64,000 bases of DNA from positions 47,933 to 111,932 of the forward strand of contig MFSH01000015.1 of assembly GCA_001784875.1 (NCBI GenBank). Direction: 5' to 3'. Source of the stretch: Candidatus Moranbacteria bacterium RIFOXYB1_FULL_43_19 (GTDB taxonomy: Bacteria; Patescibacteriota; Minisyncoccia; Moranbacterales; UBA11712). Position 1 is the stretch's first letter. Each line of letters starts with the position of its first letter. The position numbers and the translations under genes were made by a program. A model generated the notes under the pieces. That model ran no database searches. It saw nothing but the letters and a program-made list of their open reading frames with translations, and had not been told where the DNA came from. Shown here piece after piece: positions 9,073 to 18,827 of the stretch.

Positions 9073-10035
9073 ATGGAAAAGTTTTACTCAAAAAAACAAT
9101 ATCAAAAAATTGCAGATATATATGGCCTGGGAAAGGTGCAAAAAATATCTAAGCTTCACATAGGTTTTGGTATGTCTACTAAGGCAGCCGCGCTAACGTC
9201 TTCGGGGAAATTTATTATTTCAAAAAATATATTGTCAGAAAAAAAAGATATAGTTAGCAAGTCGAAAGAATCGTTGCAATATGAAATAGATATGCTGAAT
9301 GCGGTTCGAAGATTGCCCGTGCCTGCTTATAAAACTTCCTCGCGCGGAAATTTTATCGAGAGATTTGGAGACGATTGGATAACTGTTTATGATTTTATAT
9401 CTGGAAAATCACCAAAGAGAATCATGGCTCCGATGGCTCGTGAACTAGGTGAGTTTTTGGGAGAATTTCATAAACGTGCTCGAAAGTTCAAGAAAAAATT
9501 AAAATCTCGAAGAAAGTTTTATGATCTGAATCAGCGCGTTATGAAATTGATGGATCCATATGCTCATAAACAAACAAATCCTGTATTGAAATCGGTTGTC
9601 GAAAAAGTTAAACGAGGAGTGATCCATAACAGTCCGCCTGCCGTTCTTCCCGAGGGCCCCATCCATGTTGATATAGGGCATACTAACGAGCTTTTTCAAG
9701 GTGAAAAATTATCAGGAATTATTGATTTTGGCAATTTTTATATCGGTCCTTTTATGGTAGATGTGGGAAAAACCATTATGTGGAATTTCTGCCCGAATAA
9801 AAAACTTGATCGAAGACTTCTAAAGGAATTTATAAGAGGTTACAATAGCCGGAGAAACTTTAGTAAAGCCGAGCACTTATATTTGGAAAAAGCAATTCTT
9901 TTCGCCATTTACAGCCATATTTGGGTCGATCTATACCACATCCCAATAAAATATGTCCCAGAATCTTGGCCGCTGATGCTGATTAGGCGATTTTTACCGG
10001 TGGCGAATCAAATTGAAAAATCTCAAATTAAATAA
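9073..10035 (+). CDS. Phosphotransferase-family kinase (APH / choline-kinase-like fold)
   Basis: HVDIGHTN catalytic-loop-like and IDFGNFYIG DFG-like motifs. Confidence 0.55.
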   Translation: MEKFYSKKQYQKIADIYGLGKVQKISKLHIGFGMSTKAAALTSSGKFIISKNILSEKKDIVSKSKESLQYEIDMLNAVRRLPVPAYKTSSRGNFIERFGDDWITVYDFISGKSPKRIMAPMARELGEFLGEFHKRARKFKKKLKSRRKFYDLNQRVMKLMDPYAHKQTNPVLKSVVEKVKRGVIHNSPPAVLPEGPIHVDIGHTNELFQGEKLSGIIDFGNFYIGPFMVDVGKTIMWNFCPNKKLDRRLLKEFIRGYNSRRNFSKAEHLYLEKAILFAIYSHIWVDLYHIPIKYVPESWPLMLIRRFLPVANQIEKSQIK

Positions 10036-10163
10036 ATAGCCCAAGCAGAACCTTCATGTTTGAATCTCGTCTGCCTGAAAATTTTGCGCTAACTTCGCGG
10101 TAGTGCTAAAATAACGAAAAGAATAAAACGCCTTCAGGGGTGGTTTTATTATTAGAAAAATCA

Positions 10164-11594
10164 ATGCCTAGAAAAATTCTCTCTAAAATAAAAAAATCCC
10201 TTTATGCCATTCCCTTCGAAGATGATATCCAGCACACGAGGCACAAAGCAAATGGAGGGAAAGGTAAAAAAGACATTCTGGTCCACAATGTTCCCTTTCT
10301 TTTCACCTGCGACGAAACAGACAAACTGCAATGCCTACAAAATTATTCAATTGTGATTTCAAATGGAATCATTCAAGAGGTTCTTCCGGCAAAAAAAGTC
10401 AATCCTGGAAATTATAATCTTGTTTATGAGGCCGGAATGCGGGGAGGAATTGTCGTCACGCCGGGACTTATCAATGCGCACGCCCATCCGCCAATGTATT
10501 TGATGCGCTCGGCTATGATGCTCGACGAAGGAGAATCAATCGATGAAACAATTGCCGCTATGCCAAAATGGGAACGTTCAATGACTGACGAAGACTACAC
10601 CTTTTCTGCCATAGGCGACATAACGGAACAGCAAAAAGCAGGGATCACTACGACCCTTAGCCATTTTGCGGTCTATTGGCCCATTGAACTGGCAACCCGG
10701 GCGACAAAACACAATATGATCAATGCAGTGAGCGTGGCTTCAAATACCCATCCGGAAAATTCTCCCGCGCTTATCCGCAATATATTGAATATACAGGAAG
10801 CTCCGCCCGAATCACAGTTGGCCATCGCGCTCCATTATGTCCATCGGGCGAACGCCAAGATTCTCAAAGAGGTGAAAAAACTGCAATCGGAGCACAATCT
10901 TTTGTTTACCTGCCATATGGCGGAGAGTGAAAGAGTAGCCAGAAAATGCGTCGCGCTTCACGGAAAAAGGGAAGTGGAAATGCTAAAGAGCCACGGACTT
11001 CTCACAAACAAAACTATAGCGTCTCATTCAATATACGTGACAGAAAATGAAATAAAAAAACTGGTGAAGAATAGAGTCGGCATTGTTCACCTTCCGACCT
11101 CGAATGCAATTCATAAAAGCGGCACCTTCCCCCTTTGGAAATTCATTGACGTGGCTGGAAACTCATATGTCGCGCTCGGGACGGATGGCGTAGTTTCAAA
11201 AAGCCGCCTGGATCTTCTCTCTGAAGCCTACCAGACAAGAATCACCCATCTATATTCCCGGACAGTGAAATTCGGCTCCCTTTTCAAAATGATGACGATG
11301 AATGCGGCGCGGACGCTCAATATGCCTGATCGGGGAAAAATCCTGCCAGGAATGAAAGCTGATCTTGCCTTTTGGAAACTCAAAGACCGGGGCTTTATTC
11401 CGTTTGATGAAAAAAATCCAATGACGCTTCTTGGAAACCTCATCACGCACGGAGGCCGGGCAGTGAGGGATCTGATGATAAACGGAGATTTTGTCGTGAA
11501 AAGCCGCCGGCACACAAAGATCAATGAAAGCAAGCTTCTGGCCGTTCTTCAGAAAAAGCATATAGCGATGCGAAAAAGAGTAGGTAAAAAATAA
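10164..11594 (+). CDS. Amidohydrolase-family deaminase/chlorohydrolase (MTA/SAH-deaminase-like)
   Basis: GLINAHAHP metal-binding His pair, HMAESE, ALGTDGVVS; the six-frame ORF starts at a GTG at 10140 and the first ATG is at 10164. Confidence 0.65.
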   Translation: MPRKILSKIKKSLYAIPFEDDIQHTRHKANGGKGKKDILVHNVPFLFTCDETDKLQCLQNYSIVISNGIIQEVLPAKKVNPGNYNLVYEAGMRGGIVVTPGLINAHAHPPMYLMRSAMMLDEGESIDETIAAMPKWERSMTDEDYTFSAIGDITEQQKAGITTTLSHFAVYWPIELATRATKHNMINAVSVASNTHPENSPALIRNILNIQEAPPESQLAIALHYVHRANAKILKEVKKLQSEHNLLFTCHMAESERVARKCVALHGKREVEMLKSHGLLTNKTIASHSIYVTENEIKKLVKNRVGIVHLPTSNAIHKSGTFPLWKFIDVAGNSYVALGTDGVVSKSRLDLLSEAYQTRITHLYSRTVKFGSLFKMMTMNAARTLNMPDRGKILPGMKADLAFWKLKDRGFIPFDEKNPMTLLGNLITHGGRAVRDLMINGDFVVKSRRHTKINESKLLAVLQKKHIAMRKRVGKK

Positions 11595-11669
11595 GTTGCC
11601 AGCCTCATTTTCTCAAATTACATGTTTCTAAAACTAGACTTTTTCCTTTTTTTTATGTAGATTATAATT

Positions 11670-12689
11670 GTGGCTAAAGAGAATATAGACGGAATAAAAA
11701 CCAAGTTTCTTGAAGAAATATGCAACTCTCAAACCGAGAAGGATCTTTATTTTGTCAAAGTGAAATACGTTGGCCGGAGTGGGGAGCTCACAAAAATTCT
11801 CAAAAACCTCAAGAATTTGCCGGCAGAAGAGCGAAAAAAAATTGGGCCGCCGGCCAATCAAGCTCGTCAGGAAATTGAAAAGGCTTACGAAAAAAGAAAA
11901 AAAGAATTGACCAATCAGATTGATTGGGAAAAAGAAAAAATAGATGTCACCTTGCCCGGAAAAAAAGCTGAAATTGGCAGCTTGCATCCGATAACTATCG
12001 TCTATCGGGAAATTGAAAAAATATTTTCCTCGATGGGGTTTGAAATTGTCGAAGGGCCGGAACTGGAAACCGAATGGTATAATTTTGATTCATTGAATAT
12101 TCCAGCAGACCATCCTGCCCGGGACGAGTGGGACACGTTTTGGATAAAATCAAAAGAAAAATTTGTTTTGCGGACACATACATCGCCTGTTCAGATGCGT
12201 TACATGCAAAAACACAAACCGCCTTTTCAAATCATTGCTCCAGGACGATGTTTCCGACGTGAGGCTACTGATGCGGCCCACGAACACACGTTCCATCAAT
12301 TTGAGGCACTTGTGGTAGGCAAAGATATAAATGTCGGTCATTTTAAGCATATTGCATCTCAATTCTTTTCCGCCTTTTTCGGACAAGATATTAATATCAG
12401 AATTCGGCCAACATTCTTTCCATTTGTTGAACCCGGCTTTGAATTTGATATAAGTTGTACTGTATGTAAAGGCAAAGGTTGTCCGTCGTGCAAAAATGGC
12501 GGTTGGCTTGAGATCGGCGGTGCGGGAATGGTCAATCAAAATGTTTTTGTGGCGGCCGGCTATCCACGGAACCGATACCAGGGTTTTGCCTGGGGATTTG
12601 GAATTGAGCGCCTGGCAATGATGAAATATAGAATCGACCATATCCATTGGTTCGAAAGCGGAGATTTGAGGTTTATAAAGCAATTCTAA
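11670..12689 (+). CDS. pheS: Phenylalanine--tRNA ligase alpha subunit
   Basis: Class II motifs FRxE, GxGxER-like GFAWGFGIERLAMM; GTG start. Confidence 0.9.
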   Translation: MAKENIDGIKTKFLEEICNSQTEKDLYFVKVKYVGRSGELTKILKNLKNLPAEERKKIGPPANQARQEIEKAYEKRKKELTNQIDWEKEKIDVTLPGKKAEIGSLHPITIVYREIEKIFSSMGFEIVEGPELETEWYNFDSLNIPADHPARDEWDTFWIKSKEKFVLRTHTSPVQMRYMQKHKPPFQIIAPGRCFRREATDAAHEHTFHQFEALVVGKDINVGHFKHIASQFFSAFFGQDINIRIRPTFFPFVEPGFEFDISCTVCKGKGCPSCKNGGWLEIGGAGMVNQNVFVAAGYPRNRYQGFAWGFGIERLAMMKYRIDHIHWFESGDLRFIKQF

Positions 12690-13033
12690 ATTTTTTGAAT
12701 AATAAATTAATTTAAAATAATATACTGAATATTTTTGAAAAGATCCTAGGGAAAAAAGAAAAACCTGAAGAAATAATTTCAGAGCCTTCTTTAGAAAATT
12801 TAGTCAACGCTATATCATCAGAAGATCTAAAAAAGGAATTTATTAGCCTTGTAAAGGAATTAGGCGGGGAAGCGGGGTATCCAGATTTTTATAAAGGAAA
12901 TTATGACAAATTAACTCCAGAACAAAGAAGATACAATGAAATCCTTCAAATAGCAAAAAAGGAATACTATGGGGTTGGGGAAGAAGGATATGGTCAATAA
13001 TAAACATTGAAAAAGTTTGCAAGATAGATCATT

Positions 13034-15082
13034 ATGAAATATTCCTACACTTGGCTGAAAGAATTGTCCAAAACCAAAAAAACGCCCAAACAACTGGCGG
13101 AGCTTTTGACCATGCGCGCTTTTGAATTTGAAGGATCTCAAACTGAAGAGAAAGAAACCCAGATGGAATTTTCAATTCTTCCTAACCGGGGTCATGATGT
13201 CCTTTCTCACATCGGGATGGCGAGGGAAATTTGCGCTTGTGAAGGTCGGAACTTTATCCTAAAGGAAACCTTTAGGCATTTTCTAAAGGTTTCCTTTAGG
13301 AAGAACTTTAGGAAGAAATTTATAGTTGAAATAAAGGACAAAAAACTTTGCCCGCGATATATAGGAGCGGTTTTGGAAAATATCAAAGTCGGTCCTTCTC
13401 CGAAATGGGTGCGGGAAAGACTGCTGGTTTGCGGAGTGAAGCCAATAAACAATATTGTTGATGTCACAAATTATGTGATGCTTGAGACGGGACAACCATT
13501 GCACGCTTTTGATGAATCGATGATCAATGATCAAGGATCAAGGATCAAGATTATTGTTAGGCGAGCGAAAAAAGGGGAGGAGATAAAATTGCTCGATGAA
13601 ATGACTCATAAACTTCGCGATAACGATTTAGTCATTGCCGATTCAGGAAAAGCGCTGGCTCTCGCTGGTGTGATAGGTGGGTTTGATTCTTCGATAACCA
13701 GCAAAACGACGTCGATTATTCTTGAGTCAGCTAATTTCAATTCGACGAGCATCAGAAAAACGAGAACGGCGCATAATCTTATCACCGAATCGTCACACCG
13801 CTTCGAGCGCGAGATTGACCGGAAGCTGGCAGAGGTTGGTATAGCGCGGGCAGTTGAATTGATAAAGGAAATTTGCGGCAAAAATGTCGAGATTGCTGCT
13901 ATGGCGGACGTTTATCCCAAAAAAGTGAAGCCGTGGCAGATAAAATTAAACTCGAGCCATGTATATAGTCTCTTGGGGGAAAATATTCCGGTATCAAAAA
14001 TGAGAAATATTCTTAAAAATCTTGATCTCAAAGTGCTTGGAAGTTCGGCTTCCAAGTTGAATGTAGAGATTCCGACTCGCCGGATTGATCTCAAGACTCA
14101 AGAAGATCTCATCGAAGAAATTGGCCGAATTTATGGCTATGAAAATATCAAGGAGCAAGTGCCGGTCGTCGAAGTGAAGACTCTGCCTCAAAACACGAAA
14201 AGAAATTTTGAAAATAAACTGCGCGATATTTTGATTGGGCTTGGATTTTCAGAAGTTATGAATTACGCGTTTTACTCAAAAGAAGATATTGAAAAATGTA
14301 ATTTGAGAATTGAAGACCACATCGAAGTGGCGAATCCCTTGAGTCTGGACCAGCAATTTCTGCGGAGAAACTTGATCTCCAATCTTCTTAAAAACGTGAA
14401 ATTAAATCTGAAAAATCTTCCGAAAGTCCAAATATTTGAGATTGGCAAAAAATTCCGGAACAACAAAGGAAGGTTTTTGGAATATGACCATTTAGCGGGA
14501 GTATTCGTTGATAGTTTGTCAAAAAACACCCCCTTTTTTGAGCTTAAAGGAAAGGTTGAGGCATTATTGAGAAATTTTGGATATCAAAATGTTAAGTATG
14601 AGGCTCTGACGAATTCTGAAATGAAATTCTGGCACCAAAACCGAACAGCCAGAATGCTGATCGATAATCAGGAAATTGGAAAAGTCGGAGAGATTAACCC
14701 TCAAATTCTCGAGAATTATGGCATTAAAAAACGAGTGGCGGTTTTCGGTATCAAAATTTCTGTTTTACTGGAAATGAAATTGCCCGAAAAACACTACAAA
14801 CCAATCAGCAAATTTCCGATCGTGGAACGTGATATTTCAATGTTTGTTGGTAAAAACACAAAATATGCTGACATAGTTTCAAATATTCGAAAAAACGGAA
14901 GCAGTCTCGTGAAAAATGTCAATCTTTTTGATGTTTTCAAAAATGAAGGCGAAAAAAGTCTGGCGCTGCGCCTCAAAATCGGCTCCGAGGCAAAAACTTT
15001 GACTTCCGCCGAAATTGACACCGCGATGAAAAAAATTACCTCCGCGCTGGAGAAAAATTTGAGGGTAAGAGTGAGAAAATAA
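13034..15082 (+). CDS. pheT: Phenylalanine--tRNA ligase beta subunit (short form, no N-terminal tRNA-binding domain)
   Basis: MKYSYTWLKEL start, B3/4 and B5 regions, C-terminal FDVF anticodon-binding motif; 682 aa. Confidence 0.9.
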   Translation: MKYSYTWLKELSKTKKTPKQLAELLTMRAFEFEGSQTEEKETQMEFSILPNRGHDVLSHIGMAREICACEGRNFILKETFRHFLKVSFRKNFRKKFIVEIKDKKLCPRYIGAVLENIKVGPSPKWVRERLLVCGVKPINNIVDVTNYVMLETGQPLHAFDESMINDQGSRIKIIVRRAKKGEEIKLLDEMTHKLRDNDLVIADSGKALALAGVIGGFDSSITSKTTSIILESANFNSTSIRKTRTAHNLITESSHRFEREIDRKLAEVGIARAVELIKEICGKNVEIAAMADVYPKKVKPWQIKLNSSHVYSLLGENIPVSKMRNILKNLDLKVLGSSASKLNVEIPTRRIDLKTQEDLIEEIGRIYGYENIKEQVPVVEVKTLPQNTKRNFENKLRDILIGLGFSEVMNYAFYSKEDIEKCNLRIEDHIEVANPLSLDQQFLRRNLISNLLKNVKLNLKNLPKVQIFEIGKKFRNNKGRFLEYDHLAGVFVDSLSKNTPFFELKGKVEALLRNFGYQNVKYEALTNSEMKFWHQNRTARMLIDNQEIGKVGEINPQILENYGIKKRVAVFGIKISVLLEMKLPEKHYKPISKFPIVERDISMFVGKNTKYADIVSNIRKNGSSLVKNVNLFDVFKNEGEKSLALRLKIGSEAKTLTSAEIDTAMKKITSALEKNLRVRVRK

Positions 15083-15083
15083 A

Positions 15084-15410
15084 ATGGAAAAATACTATCA
15101 AGCGATCGCTGATTTCCACAAAAAATATAAAATGAAAGGCACGAATAACGAAGATATGACCTTTCGACTAAACCTTTTGATTGAGGAATTAGGTGAATTG
15201 GCGCAAGCCGTAACAAAAGGGAAATTAAGAAAAGAAGTTATCGAAGAAAATATAGATCTTTTGAATTTAGTTATCGGAAATTTTGTCAGCCTTGGCGCAG
15301 GATTGGATGAGATCGATAAAGCCTTTTGGGAAAAACACGAAAAAATTATGAACCGAAAGAAAAAGAAGCTAAAAAGTGGAAAATACAGAGTTTCGGAATT
15401 TAGGAAATAG
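15084..15410 (+). CDS. MazG-like nucleotide pyrophosphohydrolase (all-alpha NTP-PPase)
   Basis: EELGELAQAV motif; 108 aa; start 1 nt after the pheT stop. Confidence 0.65.
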   Translation: MEKYYQAIADFHKKYKMKGTNNEDMTFRLNLLIEELGELAQAVTKGKLRKEVIEENIDLLNLVIGNFVSLGAGLDEIDKAFWEKHEKIMNRKKKKLKSGKYRVSEFRK

Positions 15411-15418
15411 AAGTTTTT

Positions 15419-17878
15419 ATGTCCAAAGAAATCTCCAAGCGCTACAACCCAACTGAAACCGAGCCGAAATGGCTGAAGTTTTGGGAGAAAGAAGGAATAT
15501 ACAAATATAATCCCCGCGCCAAAGGGGAGGTTTTTTCAATTGACACGCCGCCGCCGACAGTGAGCGGTAAAATGCACATCGGCCATGTGTATTCGTATAC
15601 CCACGAAGATTTCATCGCGAGATACCAAAAAATGGCCGGACGGAACGTTTTGTTTCCTTTTGGGACGGACGACAATGGCCTGCCGACTGAAAGACTGGTA
15701 GAAAAACTGAAAAAAGTCCGAGCCAGCAAAATGAAGCGCCAGGATTTCATTGATCTTTGCAATGAAACCCTGAAAGAAATCACCCCTGATTTCGTCGCGG
15801 ACTGGAAAAAAATCGGGATGTCCTGTGATTTTTCCCGTGTTTATTCGACGATCGACGACGATTGCCGCCGTACGAGCCAAAAGTTTTTTATCGATTTATA
15901 CAAAAAACAAAAAGTCTACCGCCAGGACGCGCCGGTGGTCTGGTGCCCGCACTGCCAAACGGCGATAGCCCAAGCCGAACTCGAAGATAAGGAAGCGGAA
16001 ACTTATTTCAATGACATCGTTTTCGAATTGCCGACTAATCTGCCTGCCGGCAGTAAGAAAAACAATCTTGTCATCGCTACAACCCGCCCGGAGCTACTTT
16101 CCAGCTGCGTGGCAATTTTTGTGCATCCGAGTGACAAAAGATACAGAAACCTTGTCGGAAAAAAAGCCCAAGTTCCGATTTTTGGAAATCGTGTCGAAAT
16201 TATATCCGACAAAAAGGTGGACATGAAAAAAGGCAGCGGAGCAGTGATGTGCTGCACCTTCGGGGATAAAACGGATGTCGAATGGTTCAAAGAATACAAA
16301 TTGACTCTCGCAATGTCGCTTGACAAAGCTGGAAGGATGACCGAAAAAGCGAAAAAATACGCTGGCCTTTCCGCAAAAGATGCCCGGCATGAAATCATTG
16401 AAGATCTCAAAAAGAAAAAATTACTCATCGGGCAGAAAAAAATAACCCACACGCTCAATGTTCATGAGCGCTGCAAAACAGAAGTGGAGATTCTCAACTC
16501 CGAGCAGTGGTATGTCAGAGTTTTGGATCAAAAGAAAAAGCTTATCCAGTTGGGAGAAGAGATAAAGTGGCATCCCGAATTCATGCAGACGCGTCTTGGT
16601 AACTGGATAAAAGGACTCAACTGGGACTGGTGCATTTCCCGTCAACGCTTTTTCGGGATTCCATTTCCGGTTTGGTATTGCGTGAAATGCGGAGAAGCGA
16701 AAATGGCAGATGAAAAAGACTTGCCGGTGGATCCGCTCTCCGCGAATCCAAAAGGAAAATGTGAAAAATGCGGCGGATCGAAATTTATTCCCGAGCATGA
16801 TGTGATGGACACGTGGGCGACGAGCTCTCTTTCTCCCGTGCTCGCTTTACATCTGTTTTATAAAGAAAAAGACGTAGAAAAAATGATTCCGATGAATTTA
16901 CGGCCGCAAGCCCACGATATTATATCTACCTGGCTATTCTATACCGTTGTCCGCTCAAATTATCACTTTGAAAAAATTCCCTGGACCGAAGTGATGATTT
17001 CCGGGCATGTTCTTGATTCCGCCGGCCGGAAAATGTCTAAAAGCCTCGGAAATGTGGTTGCGCCGCAGGAAATTCTTGAAAAATACGGAGCGGATGCTCT
17101 GCGTTTTTGGGCGGCTGGAAGAAGCCTGGGGCAAAACATCAATTTTTCCGAAGAGGAAATCCAGGCGGGGAAGAAATTTTTGACGAAACTTTGGAACGCG
17201 ACAAGATTTGTGATGATGAATATTAATCCTCGCGATTTGAGAGCGAATGAAAAGCGAATTGGAACGAATAGCCTGTATCCTACAGATAAGTGGATTTTGG
17301 CGGAATTGGAGGTATTGGTCGCGACAGCCACAAAGAGTTTTGAAAATTATGATTATTCTTCTTCAAAGCTTGCAATCGAAAAATTTTTCTGGCTGAAACT
17401 TGCCGACAATTATATCGAAATTGTGAAAAATAGATTATATGACGAAAGCCCGAAAGGGAAAAAAGGGCGCGAGTCAGCCCAGTTCACGCTATATTCAGTA
17501 TTGTTCACGCTTTTGCGGCTCCTGGCGCCGTTTATACCATTTGCGTCCGAAGAAATATATCAAACTTTTTTCAAAAGTGCCAAATGCGCAAAATCAATCC
17601 ACCTTTGCGGTTGGCCGGAAACTGACAAGAAACTGGCTGACAAGGAAAAAATCAAAACCGGAAAAATCATCGTTGAAATCGTCGCCGCAATGCGAAAGCA
17701 CAAAGCCGAACGGGGGCTTTCGATGAAAGCGGAGCTTGAAAAGGTGGAAATCTTCTGCGACGCAATGACAAAAAAAGCCATCCAGGAAATAGAAAGTGAT
17801 TTGAAAGCAGTAGGGAACATTCGGAAAATAAATTTTATTGCAAAGAAAAACTCTAAACTTAGGATAGCAATCCAATAA
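15419..17878 (+). CDS. valS: Valine--tRNA ligase
   Basis: PPPTVSGKMHIGH (HIGH), KMSKSLGN (KMSKS), class-I editing-domain Cys clusters; 819 aa. Confidence 0.8.
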   Translation: MSKEISKRYNPTETEPKWLKFWEKEGIYKYNPRAKGEVFSIDTPPPTVSGKMHIGHVYSYTHEDFIARYQKMAGRNVLFPFGTDDNGLPTERLVEKLKKVRASKMKRQDFIDLCNETLKEITPDFVADWKKIGMSCDFSRVYSTIDDDCRRTSQKFFIDLYKKQKVYRQDAPVVWCPHCQTAIAQAELEDKEAETYFNDIVFELPTNLPAGSKKNNLVIATTRPELLSSCVAIFVHPSDKRYRNLVGKKAQVPIFGNRVEIISDKKVDMKKGSGAVMCCTFGDKTDVEWFKEYKLTLAMSLDKAGRMTEKAKKYAGLSAKDARHEIIEDLKKKKLLIGQKKITHTLNVHERCKTEVEILNSEQWYVRVLDQKKKLIQLGEEIKWHPEFMQTRLGNWIKGLNWDWCISRQRFFGIPFPVWYCVKCGEAKMADEKDLPVDPLSANPKGKCEKCGGSKFIPEHDVMDTWATSSLSPVLALHLFYKEKDVEKMIPMNLRPQAHDIISTWLFYTVVRSNYHFEKIPWTEVMISGHVLDSAGRKMSKSLGNVVAPQEILEKYGADALRFWAAGRSLGQNINFSEEEIQAGKKFLTKLWNATRFVMMNINPRDLRANEKRIGTNSLYPTDKWILAELEVLVATATKSFENYDYSSSKLAIEKFFWLKLADNYIEIVKNRLYDESPKGKKGRESAQFTLYSVLFTLLRLLAPFIPFASEEIYQTFFKSAKCAKSIHLCGWPETDKKLADKEKIKTGKIIVEIVAAMRKHKAERGLSMKAELEKVEIFCDAMTKKAIQEIESDLKAVGNIRKINFIAKKNSKLRIAIQ

Positions 17879-17966
17879 ATCGTCTAATCTCTTAGAAAGC
17901 AAGGATAAACAATGTCAATTAAATATGCTATAGCAATTTTATTTGACATTATTCATTTGCGAAAAA

Positions 17967-18818
17967 ATGGGCAATAAAAGAAAAATCACCGTCGGAAAAA
18001 ATAGCGGTTTTTGTTTCGGAGTGAAAAGGGCATATGATCTGGCAAGTATGAATTCTTTTGATTGCGAAAAATTGCATATGCTGGGAAAGATGGTTCACAA
18101 CAATGATGTCTGCGCCAAACTCAAAAAAATGGGAATAAAGGAAATAAAGCGACTGTCCGATGTCAGGGACGGGGCAATAATTTTCACGGCGCATGGAGTC
18201 GGACCCGGTCTTTATGAAAAAGCCAACCGAAACGGATTGAGGATTATAGACACCACCTGTCCCAAAGTGATGAAAGCCCAGAGGTTGGCCCAAAATTTCA
18301 TCGAAAAAGGTTGGTGCGTGGTTATATTCGGTGACAAGCACCATAAAGAGGTGAAGGGGATCAAAGAATGGTCAAAAAACGAGGCAATCACTGCTGGATG
18401 CTTGAAAAATATCAAGAAAATAAAACTGGATAAAAAGAAAAAATACTGCCTGATTTCGCAGACAACTCAAAACGTTGCCGAATTCAAGAAAATAAAAGAA
18501 TATTTGTCAAAAAAACTGCCAAATTTTTTATCTTTTAACACTATCTGTGATTCAACCGACAACCGGCAAAACGAAATCCGGAAATTAGCGAAAAAAAACG
18601 ACGCGGTGATCGTGATCGGCGGCCGCGACAGCGCGAACACCAAAAGGCTTTTTGAGATAGCAAATTCCATAAATCCAAATTCATACTTAATCGAAAACGA
18701 AAAAGGACTCAGAAAATCTTGGTTCACCGGCGCAAAGAAGATCGCCATTTCGGCCGGAGCATCGACTCCAGAGTGGGTGATTCGAGCAGTGATTGATAAA
18801 ATTGCGAAAATAGATTAG
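17967..18818 (+). CDS. ispH: 4-hydroxy-3-methylbut-2-enyl diphosphate reductase IspH/LytB
   Basis: GFCFGVKRA, HNxxV, TCPKV motifs; the ORF may begin at 17943. Confidence 0.8.
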   Translation: MGNKRKITVGKNSGFCFGVKRAYDLASMNSFDCEKLHMLGKMVHNNDVCAKLKKMGIKEIKRLSDVRDGAIIFTAHGVGPGLYEKANRNGLRIIDTTCPKVMKAQRLAQNFIEKGWCVVIFGDKHHKEVKGIKEWSKNEAITAGCLKNIKKIKLDKKKKYCLISQTTQNVAEFKKIKEYLSKKLPNFLSFNTICDSTDNRQNEIRKLAKKNDAVIVIGGRDSANTKRLFEIANSINPNSYLIENEKGLRKSWFTGAKKIAISAGASTPEWVIRAVIDKIAKID

Positions 18819-18827
18819 TTTTATATC

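Noticed and set aside
15442-17902. Multiple minus-strand ORFs within valS
   Set aside because: Antisense to an 819-aa synthetase with intact HIGH/KMSKS motifs.
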